Below, in pieces: positions 56,168-64,000 of a stretch of 64,000 nucleotides of DNA. The notes below the pieces were generated by a model. It had not been told where the DNA came from, ran no database searches, and saw nothing but the letters and a program-made list of their open reading frames with translations. Where the stretch lies: positions 8,164 through 72,163 of IMG/VR virus record IMGVR_UViG_3300035703_004050; one strand, 5' to 3'. A program made the position numbers and the translations under genes. Each line of letters starts with the position of its first letter. The stretch's first letter is position 1. Source of the stretch: a virus.

Positions 56168-56696
56168 TTGGACTTGGATGAAGGGGTATGCACCTTGGGT
56201 AATTGATCATGTCGATGAAATAAAAGCATTGCCTTATGCTAGGGAAAAGTTCAATAATGATGAGCAATTTAGAGCTTGGGAGTTAATAGGTTTTACCCCA
56301 CGAACTGGTGCATTATTTGATATGCGTCATACAAATCAACCAACTCTTACACAAAAGCTAATAGCCTTTGCTCTCAAGGAAGGTTTAGAAAATGTTGGTG
56401 TAAGTTACTATCGTATGGATAGAGGAGATAACCTTCCTTACCATAAAGATACATATAAGAAATACATTGAATTATTTGATTTAAAACAGCGCCGTAAAAA
56501 CATTGTTCGTTTTGTATTCTTCCCAGAGATAAGAATGAACGGGCACATCTTAGAAATTGACGGAAAGCTAATAGATTGGAAAGCTGGAGATTGGATTGCT
56601 TGGAGGTATGATACACCACATATGGCAGCTAATCTTGGAACAGAATCACGTTACACTATTCAAGTTACTGGAGTAATGCGTGAAGATTTCGAGTAA
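56151..56696 (+). CDS. 2OG-Fe(II)/cupin oxygenase
   Basis: LPYHKD...W.AGD...PH.AAN.G...RYTIQVTG. Confidence 0.7.
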   Translation: MNKAFDWTWMKGYAPWVIDHVDEIKALPYAREKFNNDEQFRAWELIGFTPRTGALFDMRHTNQPTLTQKLIAFALKEGLENVGVSYYRMDRGDNLPYHKDTYKKYIELFDLKQRRKNIVRFVFFPEIRMNGHILEIDGKLIDWKAGDWIAWRYDTPHMAANLGTESRYTIQVTGVMREDFE

Positions 56697-57696
56697 TAAC
56701 GAGTGGGATAAGTTAAAATCAATCGTTGTTGGAACTGCCAGCGGTGCAAACTGGCCAACAATGGATCCTACTTTTTCTATTAATTGGGAAGCAACTTTGT
56801 TTAAAGAACTTCCGCATCCAAAAGGTCCTGTGCCACAGCATGTAATAGATGAAGCAAATGAAGATTTAAATGAATTATCTAAAGTTTTAGAAAGTGCTGG
56901 AGTTAAAGTTTATCGTCCACATAATAACAATTATGCAGCATTGGTTGGAAATACTCGTTGGACAACTGATCAAATGTACGGCTATTGCCCGCGCGATACA
57001 CATTTAGTAATTGGAGAAAACGTAATAGAAGCACCGATGAGTTATCGTTCAAGACAAATGGAAGCAGATGTTTTAAGTGAAGTTAGACAAAAAGCAATAG
57101 AGCATGGTAGTAATTGGGTAGCTGCTCCAAGACCTGCTTTACCAATTGGTACACATTATTTGGCAAATGAAAAAGTACTGCTATCAGAAAACGAACCTAT
57201 ATTCGATGCAGCTAATTGTTTGCGATTAAACAGAGATATTTTATATCTTAAAAGTTGTACTGGCAATCGACGTGGAGCAGATTGGTTACAACGATTTTTA
57301 GGTAATGAATATAAAGTTCATGTGTTAGATGATATATACGCATACTCGCATATTGATAGTACCATTGCTCCAATTAACGAAGGTTTAGTAGTTCTCAATC
57401 GTTCCCGTATACGTTTAGAAAATATGCCAGAAATATTTGCTAAACAAAAATGGGATATTATTTGGTTTGATGATCCTGTTCCAATTCCATTTTTTCAATA
57501 TCCATATGCTAGCCCATGGATTGGTATGAACTTATTAATGCTGGATCCTAAGACTGCTATAGTGGATAAACATCAAATACATTTAATAAAAGAGTTAGAA
57601 AAGAAGAAAATAGAAGTATGGGCTTTAGAATTACGACATGCAAGAACACTTGGTGGTGGTTTTCATTGCGTAACACTAGATCTACACAGAGAATAA
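56680..57696 (+). CDS. amidinotransferase (glycine/inosamine-phosphate amidinotransferase family)
   Basis: NEWDKLK, CPRD, FDAAN, HIDST, GGGFHCVTLDL. Confidence 0.88.
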   Translation: MKISSNNEWDKLKSIVVGTASGANWPTMDPTFSINWEATLFKELPHPKGPVPQHVIDEANEDLNELSKVLESAGVKVYRPHNNNYAALVGNTRWTTDQMYGYCPRDTHLVIGENVIEAPMSYRSRQMEADVLSEVRQKAIEHGSNWVAAPRPALPIGTHYLANEKVLLSENEPIFDAANCLRLNRDILYLKSCTGNRRGADWLQRFLGNEYKVHVLDDIYAYSHIDSTIAPINEGLVVLNRSRIRLENMPEIFAKQKWDIIWFDDPVPIPFFQYPYASPWIGMNLLMLDPKTAIVDKHQIHLIKELEKKKIEVWALELRHARTLGGGFHCVTLDLHRE

Positions 57697-57728
57697 TAAG
57701 TATATAGAATCAAGGAATTTAAACATCA

Positions 57729-58397
57729 ATGAAAGATCTTAAGGATTTAGATAATTTTTCTTTAACAAGCACAAGTTTACAAGCAATAAACATTCCAAAA
57801 GCACAAACAGTAATTATGGCTGCTTTTAAAGAACTTAACCATCAACCAAAAGACGTATTGTCACTAAACGAAAATTGGGCAACGCTATTCTTAAAAGAAC
57901 AGGGATTGTCTGTTACTTTAATGAATGAACACAAAGCTAATAAAAAGTATGATACCATATTAGCTTTAGATGAAACATTGTGTAGATACTCTAGCGAATC
58001 AACACAAAAACAAGGTATCGTAAATCTTCTAAGTTTGTTAAATGACAATGGCATAATGCTTATCAGTCTAAGAGACTATAGAAATGGTAACTTCCACCGT
58101 AGACCATTAGGCGACACTGTAGTAAACGAAATCGACGGTGAACAGTACGTTACTGTAGAAGTTAATGAACACAATCCACGAGATAAACAATCGTGGAATC
58201 AAAAAATGTATTCAATATGCAATAATCAAATATTTGATGTGATTAATTGTGGTGATAGGCGTACTCTTTATTTTAAGCAACTTGCGAAGTATTCAAATGA
58301 TTTCAACAATACAAGTTTTGGAGTTTTTAAAGATTTGTATTGGAGAGGTACTTGGCGCAGAACTCCAGAACACTTATTATGGATCAAACATAAATGA
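57729..58397 (+). CDS. divergent SAM-methyltransferase-like protein
   Basis: KYDTILA...LLNDNGIMLISLRDY; canonical GxG motif not seen. Confidence 0.4.
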   Translation: MKDLKDLDNFSLTSTSLQAINIPKAQTVIMAAFKELNHQPKDVLSLNENWATLFLKEQGLSVTLMNEHKANKKYDTILALDETLCRYSSESTQKQGIVNLLSLLNDNGIMLISLRDYRNGNFHRRPLGDTVVNEIDGEQYVTVEVNEHNPRDKQSWNQKMYSICNNQIFDVINCGDRRTLYFKQLAKYSNDFNNTSFGVFKDLYWRGTWRRTPEHLLWIKHK

Positions 58398-59584
58398 TAG
58401 ATGCAAGCGAGATTGAAAAAGAAGTTAGATTAAGTATACAAGCTAAAATTAACTCTCTAGTTAAGGACGATCAAGTTTTAACTCTAGTATCTAGGATAAT
58501 AGATAGCATTGTTTCTGAACGTGTGACGTCTATTATTAATTCACAGTTAAACAACTTATTACAAAAAGGTAAACTAGAAAAAGAGCTAGATTTAAAATAT
58601 GATGATAAAATCAAAACTGTAATTGAACAAGAAGTTAGATCTAAAGCTGCTCATGCTGTAGCAAAGATTGATTTAGCTACAGAAATAGGAAAGCAACTTG
58701 AGCAGACTATAAACAATAAATTAAAAGCTATTGCTTTACCTGAAAAAGCTATTAAACATTCAAGCATAAACTGGGATGGGTTTGAACTATCTGCTAATGC
58801 GTTAGCTGAAGGTACTATTCAAAACTTTAACAGTACTGGTATACAGGATGCGGCTACTCAAGTTGAATTAACTGTAGTTGATGGCAGCGTTATTGTTGAA
58901 AATAGTTTAGTTGCTCGCAATGTCGTAATAAAAGAAAAAGTAGTTGCTGAAGAATTAGTAGTTGGGGATTTAAAAATTAATCGCCAGCTTATAATGAATG
59001 AAAGTATCAATAAGCAGTTCGTGTCTTTAATCAAGGATAATATAACTACAGAGTTATCAAAAAGAAAAATTGATATTGCTGCCAGTCCAATTTACTTAAA
59101 TGACAAAGAAGTCTTAAACGAAAATACACTGGGTTCAAACATTATCAATAGTAATTTGCGTAAGCTTGGGCGTTTAACTGAATTAAACGTAGGTGGCATC
59201 GCGCAATTTAACGATACGCTTTTAGTTACAGACGTTGGTAAAATTGGTATTAATACATCTGAACCTGAAGGAGTATTAACACTTTGGGATGACGACAGTG
59301 AATTAACCATTAAACGTTACAAAAAGAAAAATATGTATATTGGTACTATGCGAGATACTGATTTAAGTATTGGCACAAACGGTAATGTAAACTTGCTATT
59401 AAGAAAAGATGGCACAGTTGAAATGAATAACATACAACTAAATGGACTAAAAATATCAGTATCAAACAAGATACCAACTGGCGTTGGAACTCCAGGAGAA
59501 CTTGTAATCATGGACAATGCTGGAGAAAATGAACCATGGGCATATCGCTGTTTAGGTAACGATCGTTGGAAGGCTATTAAATGA
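58394..59584 (+). CDS. coiled-coil/beta-rich putative virion protein
   Basis: Helical N-terminus; SNLRKLGRL.EL, KIGINTSEP motifs typical of fibers. Confidence 0.5.
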   Translation: MIDASEIEKEVRLSIQAKINSLVKDDQVLTLVSRIIDSIVSERVTSIINSQLNNLLQKGKLEKELDLKYDDKIKTVIEQEVRSKAAHAVAKIDLATEIGKQLEQTINNKLKAIALPEKAIKHSSINWDGFELSANALAEGTIQNFNSTGIQDAATQVELTVVDGSVIVENSLVARNVVIKEKVVAEELVVGDLKINRQLIMNESINKQFVSLIKDNITTELSKRKIDIAASPIYLNDKEVLNENTLGSNIINSNLRKLGRLTELNVGGIAQFNDTLLVTDVGKIGINTSEPEGVLTLWDDDSELTIKRYKKKNMYIGTMRDTDLSIGTNGNVNLLLRKDGTVEMNNIQLNGLKISVSNKIPTGVGTPGELVIMDNAGENEPWAYRCLGNDRWKAIK

Positions 59585-60135
59585 ATATTGCTTTCTGTAT
59601 TGGTAACGGACCAAGTAGCAAAGCAGTTGATTTAACCAAATTAAAGAATGCTGGTCCTATTTACGGTTGTAACTCATTAATTCAAACGTTTGATTTAGAT
59701 AATACCATTGTAGTTGATCGAGCATTGCTAATAGATTTAATAGCACAGGGATATAATAAAAGAACTAATATCTATACACGTAAACGTTGGGCACCACTAG
59801 TAGAGGCAGAAAACTTACATTTTTTAGATGAACCAATTAAAAATCCCGTTAATAAATGGGACAATGAAATACATTGGGGAAGCGGAACACACGCATTAAA
59901 TTTAGCAGCAAAAAATCAAACTCAAATAATTGTTATGATTGGCTATGATTTATATAATTCATCTGTTGATCCAACTTGTTGGATATATCAAATAAACAAG
60001 TGTTTGGAGCTATATCCTGAAACGCAATTTGTTCAAATACAAAATAAGGATTGGGCTTGTCCCGCAGCGTGGGAAAATGATAACTTTTCTGTTGATACTT
60101 TTAAAAATTTACTAAAATTAATTAAAGGTCAATAA
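59581..60135 (+). CDS. MptE/GT29-like nucleotide-binding protein
   Basis: CIGNGPSS, YGCN, SGTHA, MIGYD. Confidence 0.55.
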   Translation: MNIAFCIGNGPSSKAVDLTKLKNAGPIYGCNSLIQTFDLDNTIVVDRALLIDLIAQGYNKRTNIYTRKRWAPLVEAENLHFLDEPIKNPVNKWDNEIHWGSGTHALNLAAKNQTQIIVMIGYDLYNSSVDPTCWIYQINKCLELYPETQFVQIQNKDWACPAAWENDNFSVDTFKNLLKLIKGQ

Positions 60136-60884
60136 TGTTACTTGCGGTTTTAAGCTATCCAAAAAATTATCATATTACACAAGTAGCAATAAAACATGCT
60201 ATCAAATACATTCCCGATATAACAAAAACAGCAATTATTTGGGATGATGCACATAAAATAAAACCATCAATGCCTATGCATGAAGCTCTTACAAATTGTA
60301 TATCGTATAATTGGAGTACCTTGCATAATGAAATACACTTTGATGGCAACAACTGGCTTGAACAACAGTTGGTTAAACTACATGCAGATTTGCTTTTAGA
60401 TGAAGATGAATTTATTCTAATGGATGGTGATTTGATCATAAATCAAACTATTGATCCAGCAAACATAATGTACAGCAATAATCTACCACGTATGCATGGT
60501 AACTATAATCACGTAAGAGAAATTTTAGGTTTAGGTACATATGATTTTTCAACCAATCCGTTTATGTATTATAAGTCGCAATGGTTAAAAAATATAAGAA
60601 CGTTGAGTGAAACCAATTCACATATGAAACTGACTGCTAAATTCAAAACAACTCCTTCTTTAAAGGAATGGAATCTCATGGCGCATTATGTTTTGGATGT
60701 ACTAAAACTTCCAAAAAGAATTGAATACTTCCATAGACGTAGCATAAAAGCAGCTAATTTTAATCAATGTTATAATGATTACGAAAATTTTGTATGTGAT
60801 GGTCCGGATAATATTGATTTGGCATTCTATGAAAATGAAGGCATCTTTATCGACAAAGCATTAATGTCCAAACTTGGCTATTGA
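60135..60884 (+). CDS. glycosyltransferase-like protein (DUF6492-like)
   Basis: WLEQQLVKL...ILMDGD. Confidence 0.5.
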   Translation: MLLAVLSYPKNYHITQVAIKHAIKYIPDITKTAIIWDDAHKIKPSMPMHEALTNCISYNWSTLHNEIHFDGNNWLEQQLVKLHADLLLDEDEFILMDGDLIINQTIDPANIMYSNNLPRMHGNYNHVREILGLGTYDFSTNPFMYYKSQWLKNIRTLSETNSHMKLTAKFKTTPSLKEWNLMAHYVLDVLKLPKRIEYFHRRSIKAANFNQCYNDYENFVCDGPDNIDLAFYENEGIFIDKALMSKLGY

Positions 60885-60908
60885 CAATGTTTTACAACAT
60901 GTTATGTT

Positions 60909-61943
60909 ATGTGTATGACAACACATCGTATCGGTTTCTGCTGCAAATATCTTGACAACGTTGACCAGCTCAACGGGTTCAAACCAAAAGATCCTGCCAA
61001 ATTACTCAATACAGGCGCAACTACAGTGCGCTGGCTTACGGAGAACAAATCCAAAGCAGAAGACAAGTTATGGGAACTTATTCGTTACAACTTGCATTCT
61101 ACATACAGGTTAGTAGAAACTGTGTCCAATTATCCGCTGCCGCTACGTATGATGCGCATCAGCAGCGATTTGTTGCCAGTTTACACAGAAAAAAATCACA
61201 AATACTTTTATGAACGCAAAGATGTTCAAGACTTCGCTGCTGCACAGTTTGCACGTATTGGCGAACTTGCACGTGCCAAAGATGTGCGACTCAGCTTTCA
61301 TCCTGGTCAGTTTTGTGTACTTGCAAGTGAACGTGAGGAAGTTGTAAATAACAGTGTAGAGGAGTTTGAATACCATGTTAACATGGCTCGTTGGATGGGT
61401 TACGGCGCTAATTGGCATGACCATGGTTTTAAAATTAATGTACACATCTCAGGCACACAGGGAGCAGAAGGTATCATTCGCGTACTCCCCCGATTATCTA
61501 CGGAAGCGCAGAATCTCATTACTATTGAAAATGAGGAAATGAAGTGGGGCTTGGATGAAACGCTTAAGCTCAAAAACCATGTGGCGATTGTTCTCGATAT
61601 ACATCACCATTGGGTTAAGAGCGGTGAATACATTCAAGCAAGCGATGATCGAGTTAAGATGATCGTTGACAGTTGGCGCGGAGTGCGCCCAACTATGCAT
61701 TACAGTATGCCTAAGAGCGAGTTTGTAGCAGCGCACCTTAACAATGAAGGTTTGCCAGACTATCACGCCGCACTTGCTGCTGGTGTTAAGAAGGCATCAC
61801 TCCGCGCACACAGTGACTTTTACTGGTGCAAGGCTGCTAACGAGTGGGCTGCTACATTTCATCCGCAGTTTGACATTCAAGCCGAAGCTAAGGCTAAGAA
61901 CTTAGCAAGCAGGTCATTAGCGCAGTCTCTTGGGATTGTATGA
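60909..61943 (+). CDS. uvsE: UV damage endonuclease UvdE/UvsE
   Basis: RIGFCC, RISSD, SFHPGQF, IENEE, LDIHHH, AHSD, EAKAK. Confidence 0.92.
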   Translation: MCMTTHRIGFCCKYLDNVDQLNGFKPKDPAKLLNTGATTVRWLTENKSKAEDKLWELIRYNLHSTYRLVETVSNYPLPLRMMRISSDLLPVYTEKNHKYFYERKDVQDFAAAQFARIGELARAKDVRLSFHPGQFCVLASEREEVVNNSVEEFEYHVNMARWMGYGANWHDHGFKINVHISGTQGAEGIIRVLPRLSTEAQNLITIENEEMKWGLDETLKLKNHVAIVLDIHHHWVKSGEYIQASDDRVKMIVDSWRGVRPTMHYSMPKSEFVAAHLNNEGLPDYHAALAAGVKKASLRAHSDFYWCKAANEWAATFHPQFDIQAEAKAKNLASRSLAQSLGIV

Positions 61944-62152
61944 AAATATACAAAGTTCATCCACATGATGTAGTAGAATTAACTGGTTGGTGTCTAGAAG
62001 TATTTGGCCCAGCTTATGCTTTGCCGCACTGGTGGAGAATAGAACGAATTAGCGGTGAATTTGAAATACCATTAAGGTATGAAATTAATATTCTAAACAA
62101 CGATGATGCAGCATTATATGTTTTGAGGTGGGAACATAATGGTAGAGATTGA
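61940..62152 (+). CDS. hypothetical protein (LRW family)
   Basis: WCLEVFG...DAALYVLRW. Confidence 0.55.
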   Translation: MKIYKVHPHDVVELTGWCLEVFGPAYALPHWWRIERISGEFEIPLRYEINILNNDDAALYVLRWEHNGRD

Positions 62153-62384
62153 ATATATGAAGTATAGACCTGCGGGTTATACAGATGATTTAGGAATTAT
62201 TGCTGATCGAAATCAATGGGTACGGGAACAACCTGAAGGATGGTATGTCTTTTGTACTTTAGATAAAATGGATCCTGTAAAAAATTGGTTAGATGAAAAT
62301 GATATACCGTATGAAAGGTGCAATTATCAATTTATCTTGACACGTGAACAGGACGTTGTTTTATTCAAATTGAGGTGGGCATGA
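62139..62384 (+). CDS. hypothetical protein (LRW family)
   Basis: DVVLFKLRW. Confidence 0.55.
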   Translation: MVEIEYMKYRPAGYTDDLGIIADRNQWVREQPEGWYVFCTLDKMDPVKNWLDENDIPYERCNYQFILTREQDVVLFKLRWA

Positions 62385-62632
62385 AGAAGACTTACTTTTA
62401 TCGTGTTAATAAAGAAGACATTTGGTATCGTGCAGAATTTGCAGAAGATACAGTAAATTGGCATGGGTGTGATCTTGAAGAAGTAGTTGAACTACAACCT
62501 GATGGCAGCGGTAAGTATAAGCGTTGCAGAGAAATGCCAATAAAGGAAGATTGCTTTTATAAGATTCCTGAGACTATGACGATGATTGCTCTAAAAGCAA
62601 GCCCAGTTGCGTTTTATGATCTAAAACAATAA
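62381..62632 (+). CDS. short paralog family member 5 (related to 44383-45390)
   Basis: EVVEL.PDGSGKYKR...ETMTMIALKA. Confidence 0.55.
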   Translation: MKKTYFYRVNKEDIWYRAEFAEDTVNWHGCDLEEVVELQPDGSGKYKRCREMPIKEDCFYKIPETMTMIALKASPVAFYDLKQ

Positions 62633-62655
62633 AGCCCCTTACGGGGCTTTATTTT
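62631..62655. terminator. bidirectional terminator between convergent genes
   Basis: AAAGCCCC-ttac-GGGGCTTT. Confidence 0.75.
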
Positions 62656-62920
62656 ACTTCTTTTTAGTAGTCTTTTTTGGTGCTGCTTTCTTAGCAGCAG
62701 GCTTACGTGGTTTCTTTTCTCTAACAGGTTTAGATTCAACAACTACTTCTGGAACTTCAACTGATTCCACTTGTACGCCAAGATGTCCTACGCCATTGTG
62801 AACAACAGCACTGGGCTCATCCTTAACTTCAGTTTCGCCAGCATAACCAACTCCACTGTGAGTATTTGGTTTTGGATCATTGTAATCTAAACCAAACATT
62901 CTCTTAATAAATTTAAACAT
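62654..62920 (-). CDS. late protein with Lys/Ala/Pro-rich (histone-like) tail
   Basis: CATAAATA on the minus strand at 62943-62950; KKPRKPAAKKAAPKKTTKKK. Confidence 0.65.
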   Translation of the reverse strand: MFKFIKRMFGLDYNDPKPNTHSGVGYAGETEVKDEPSAVVHNGVGHLGVQVESVEVPEVVVESKPVREKKPRKPAAKKAAPKKTTKKK

Positions 62921-62984
62921 ATGTTTTTCCTTTCTATGCTACTATTTATGCCAAGAAAACGTAGCACAAAATATTGACATTTCA

Positions 62985-63025
62985 TGCTGCAATGCATATA
63001 TTTGTATAAATAATGTTGCAATGCA
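62985..63025 (+). promoter_or_regulatory. tandem TG(C/T)TGCAATGCA boxes flanking a TATAAATA promoter (PhaR-like sites)
   Basis: TGCTGCAATGCA 62985-62996, TATAAATA 63005-63012, TGTTGCAATGCA 63014-63025. Confidence 0.45.
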
Positions 63026-63040
63026 AAAGGAATTAAAAAG

Positions 63041-63190
63041 ATGAAAAAGTTTTTTAGCAATTTATTCCGTGGACGCACTAATGAGGAGCGTATGCTTAGT
63101 TATCTAAGTCAAGCAACTGACAGGGTGCATTTAGAATACTTGCAACGTCAGTGGGATAGAATGAGTTATAATGAAAGGTCAATGTGGTAA
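63041..63190 (+). CDS. DUF3563-like small protein (49 aa, not in the ORF track)
   Basis: AAGGA SD; YLSQATDRVHLEYLQRQW. Confidence 0.55.
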   Translation: MKKFFSNLFRGRTNEERMLSYLSQATDRVHLEYLQRQWDRMSYNERSMW

Positions 63191-63261
63191 TGTGGCCTTA
63201 TAACGAAGAAGAATCTGAGTGGCTTAGCCACCCAAAGTATTAACATCAACAGGAGGATAAT

Positions 63262-63468
63262 ATGATGTTCGATTACCCAAGCTATGCCGACATGATCGGT
63301 TCAACACTTAAGACTATGTGGTCACCTTTGCTTCCAGAAAAGCAATATCGCGACACATTTAATGCCTTTATTGATGCAAAAGTTGATCTCAATAAGAGCA
63401 TTTACGAAGCTAATAAGAGCTTTGTAGAAAAGGTTAATGAAGCTTACAAGAACTCACAATTTAAGTAA
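63262..63468 (+). CDS. small amphipathic helical protein, phasin-like
   Basis: Strong AGGAGG SD; FNAFIDAK..LNKS; resemblance only. Confidence 0.4.
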   Translation: MMFDYPSYADMIGSTLKTMWSPLLPEKQYRDTFNAFIDAKVDLNKSIYEANKSFVEKVNEAYKNSQFK

Positions 63469-63502
63469 GCATATTTCTTTTTCTAGCTATAAATACTACG
63501 TT

Positions 63503-64000
63503 ATGGCTAGAAACATTTTTAAGAAAAAATTCTATATGTGGTGGTTGTCAATACTCTTGACCGCTACCACATTATTTTGGGCCCATTACATGGGGTTCAT
63601 TACAAAAATTTGGATTACAGATATTACCATGCTTAGTTCTGTAATTGCGTTAGGATTTTTATTTGCTAACGCAAAACTAGGATGGATTAGTTATCATTTA
63701 GATACAAATTATAACGCAGAACAAAAAGAAAAGCTGGTAAAAGAAACCAACACTGTTTGGTTCTTAAGCGAAATTGTTATGGCTATTGGTATGTTGGGTA
63801 CAGTTATTGGACTTATACATATGTTAGCAGCAAACGTAGTTAGTGATGCAAGCAATACAAATGCGCTACAAGGCACATTAAGTAGCATGTGGAGCAGCAT
63901 GGGATTGGCATTATATGTTAATGCAGTTGGTCTTATTGCCAGTATTATTCTAAAACTACAAGTGCATTTCATTGCAGGTGATTTGGACAATGAGGCATAA
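63503..64000 (+). CDS. MotA/TolQ/ExbB proton-channel family membrane protein
   Basis: IGMLGTVIGLI...MGLALY..AVGL; TATAAATA 63488-63495. Confidence 0.75.
   Translation: MARNIFKKKFYMWWLSILLTATTLFWAHYMGFITKIWITDITMLSSVIALGFLFANAKLGWISYHLDTNYNAEQKEKLVKETNTVWFLSEIVMAIGMLGTVIGLIHMLAANVVSDASNTNALQGTLSSMWSSMGLALYVNAVGLIASIILKLQVHFIAGDLDNEA

Noticed and set aside
1-64000. Stop-codon reassignment
   Set aside because: Conserved genes are full length under code 11, and TAA, TGA and TAG all terminate genes at expected positions.

Overview
64-kb segment of a large T4-like (TATAAATA late promoters) AT-rich dsDNA myophage genome. The host is very probably an alphaproteobacterium: permuted two-piece tmRNA with a GGCAGUA T-loop, ANDN...AA tag, ROSE-like element, and DUF992/DUF3008/DUF6614-type genes. 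It carries replication and repair genes (UvsW, primase, gp41 helicase, a 189-aa mini-DnaE, NrdAB, glutaredoxin, ligase, UvdE), late virion genes (scaffold-like, tail spike, PAAR, a 1168-aa M15-peptidase protein), two lysins, and AT-rich modification clusters with three amidinotransferases. It also has a dense translation and proteolysis toolkit: tmRNA, TilS with tRNA-Ile2(CAU), bS21, a bL12-CTD protein, a YafQ-like RNase, a Bpt/ATE-like transferase, ClpS and Hsp20. Most striking: (1) the intervening segment of the permuted tmRNA is 370 nt long, is closed by its own helix, and holds a complete ORF for a Tpt1/ADP-ribosyltransferase-fold protein; (2) a probable programmed -1 frameshift at A9C fuses a membrane/coiled-coil protein to a VEVPVEK-repeat domain. 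All protein calls come from motif recognition by eye; no database searches were run.
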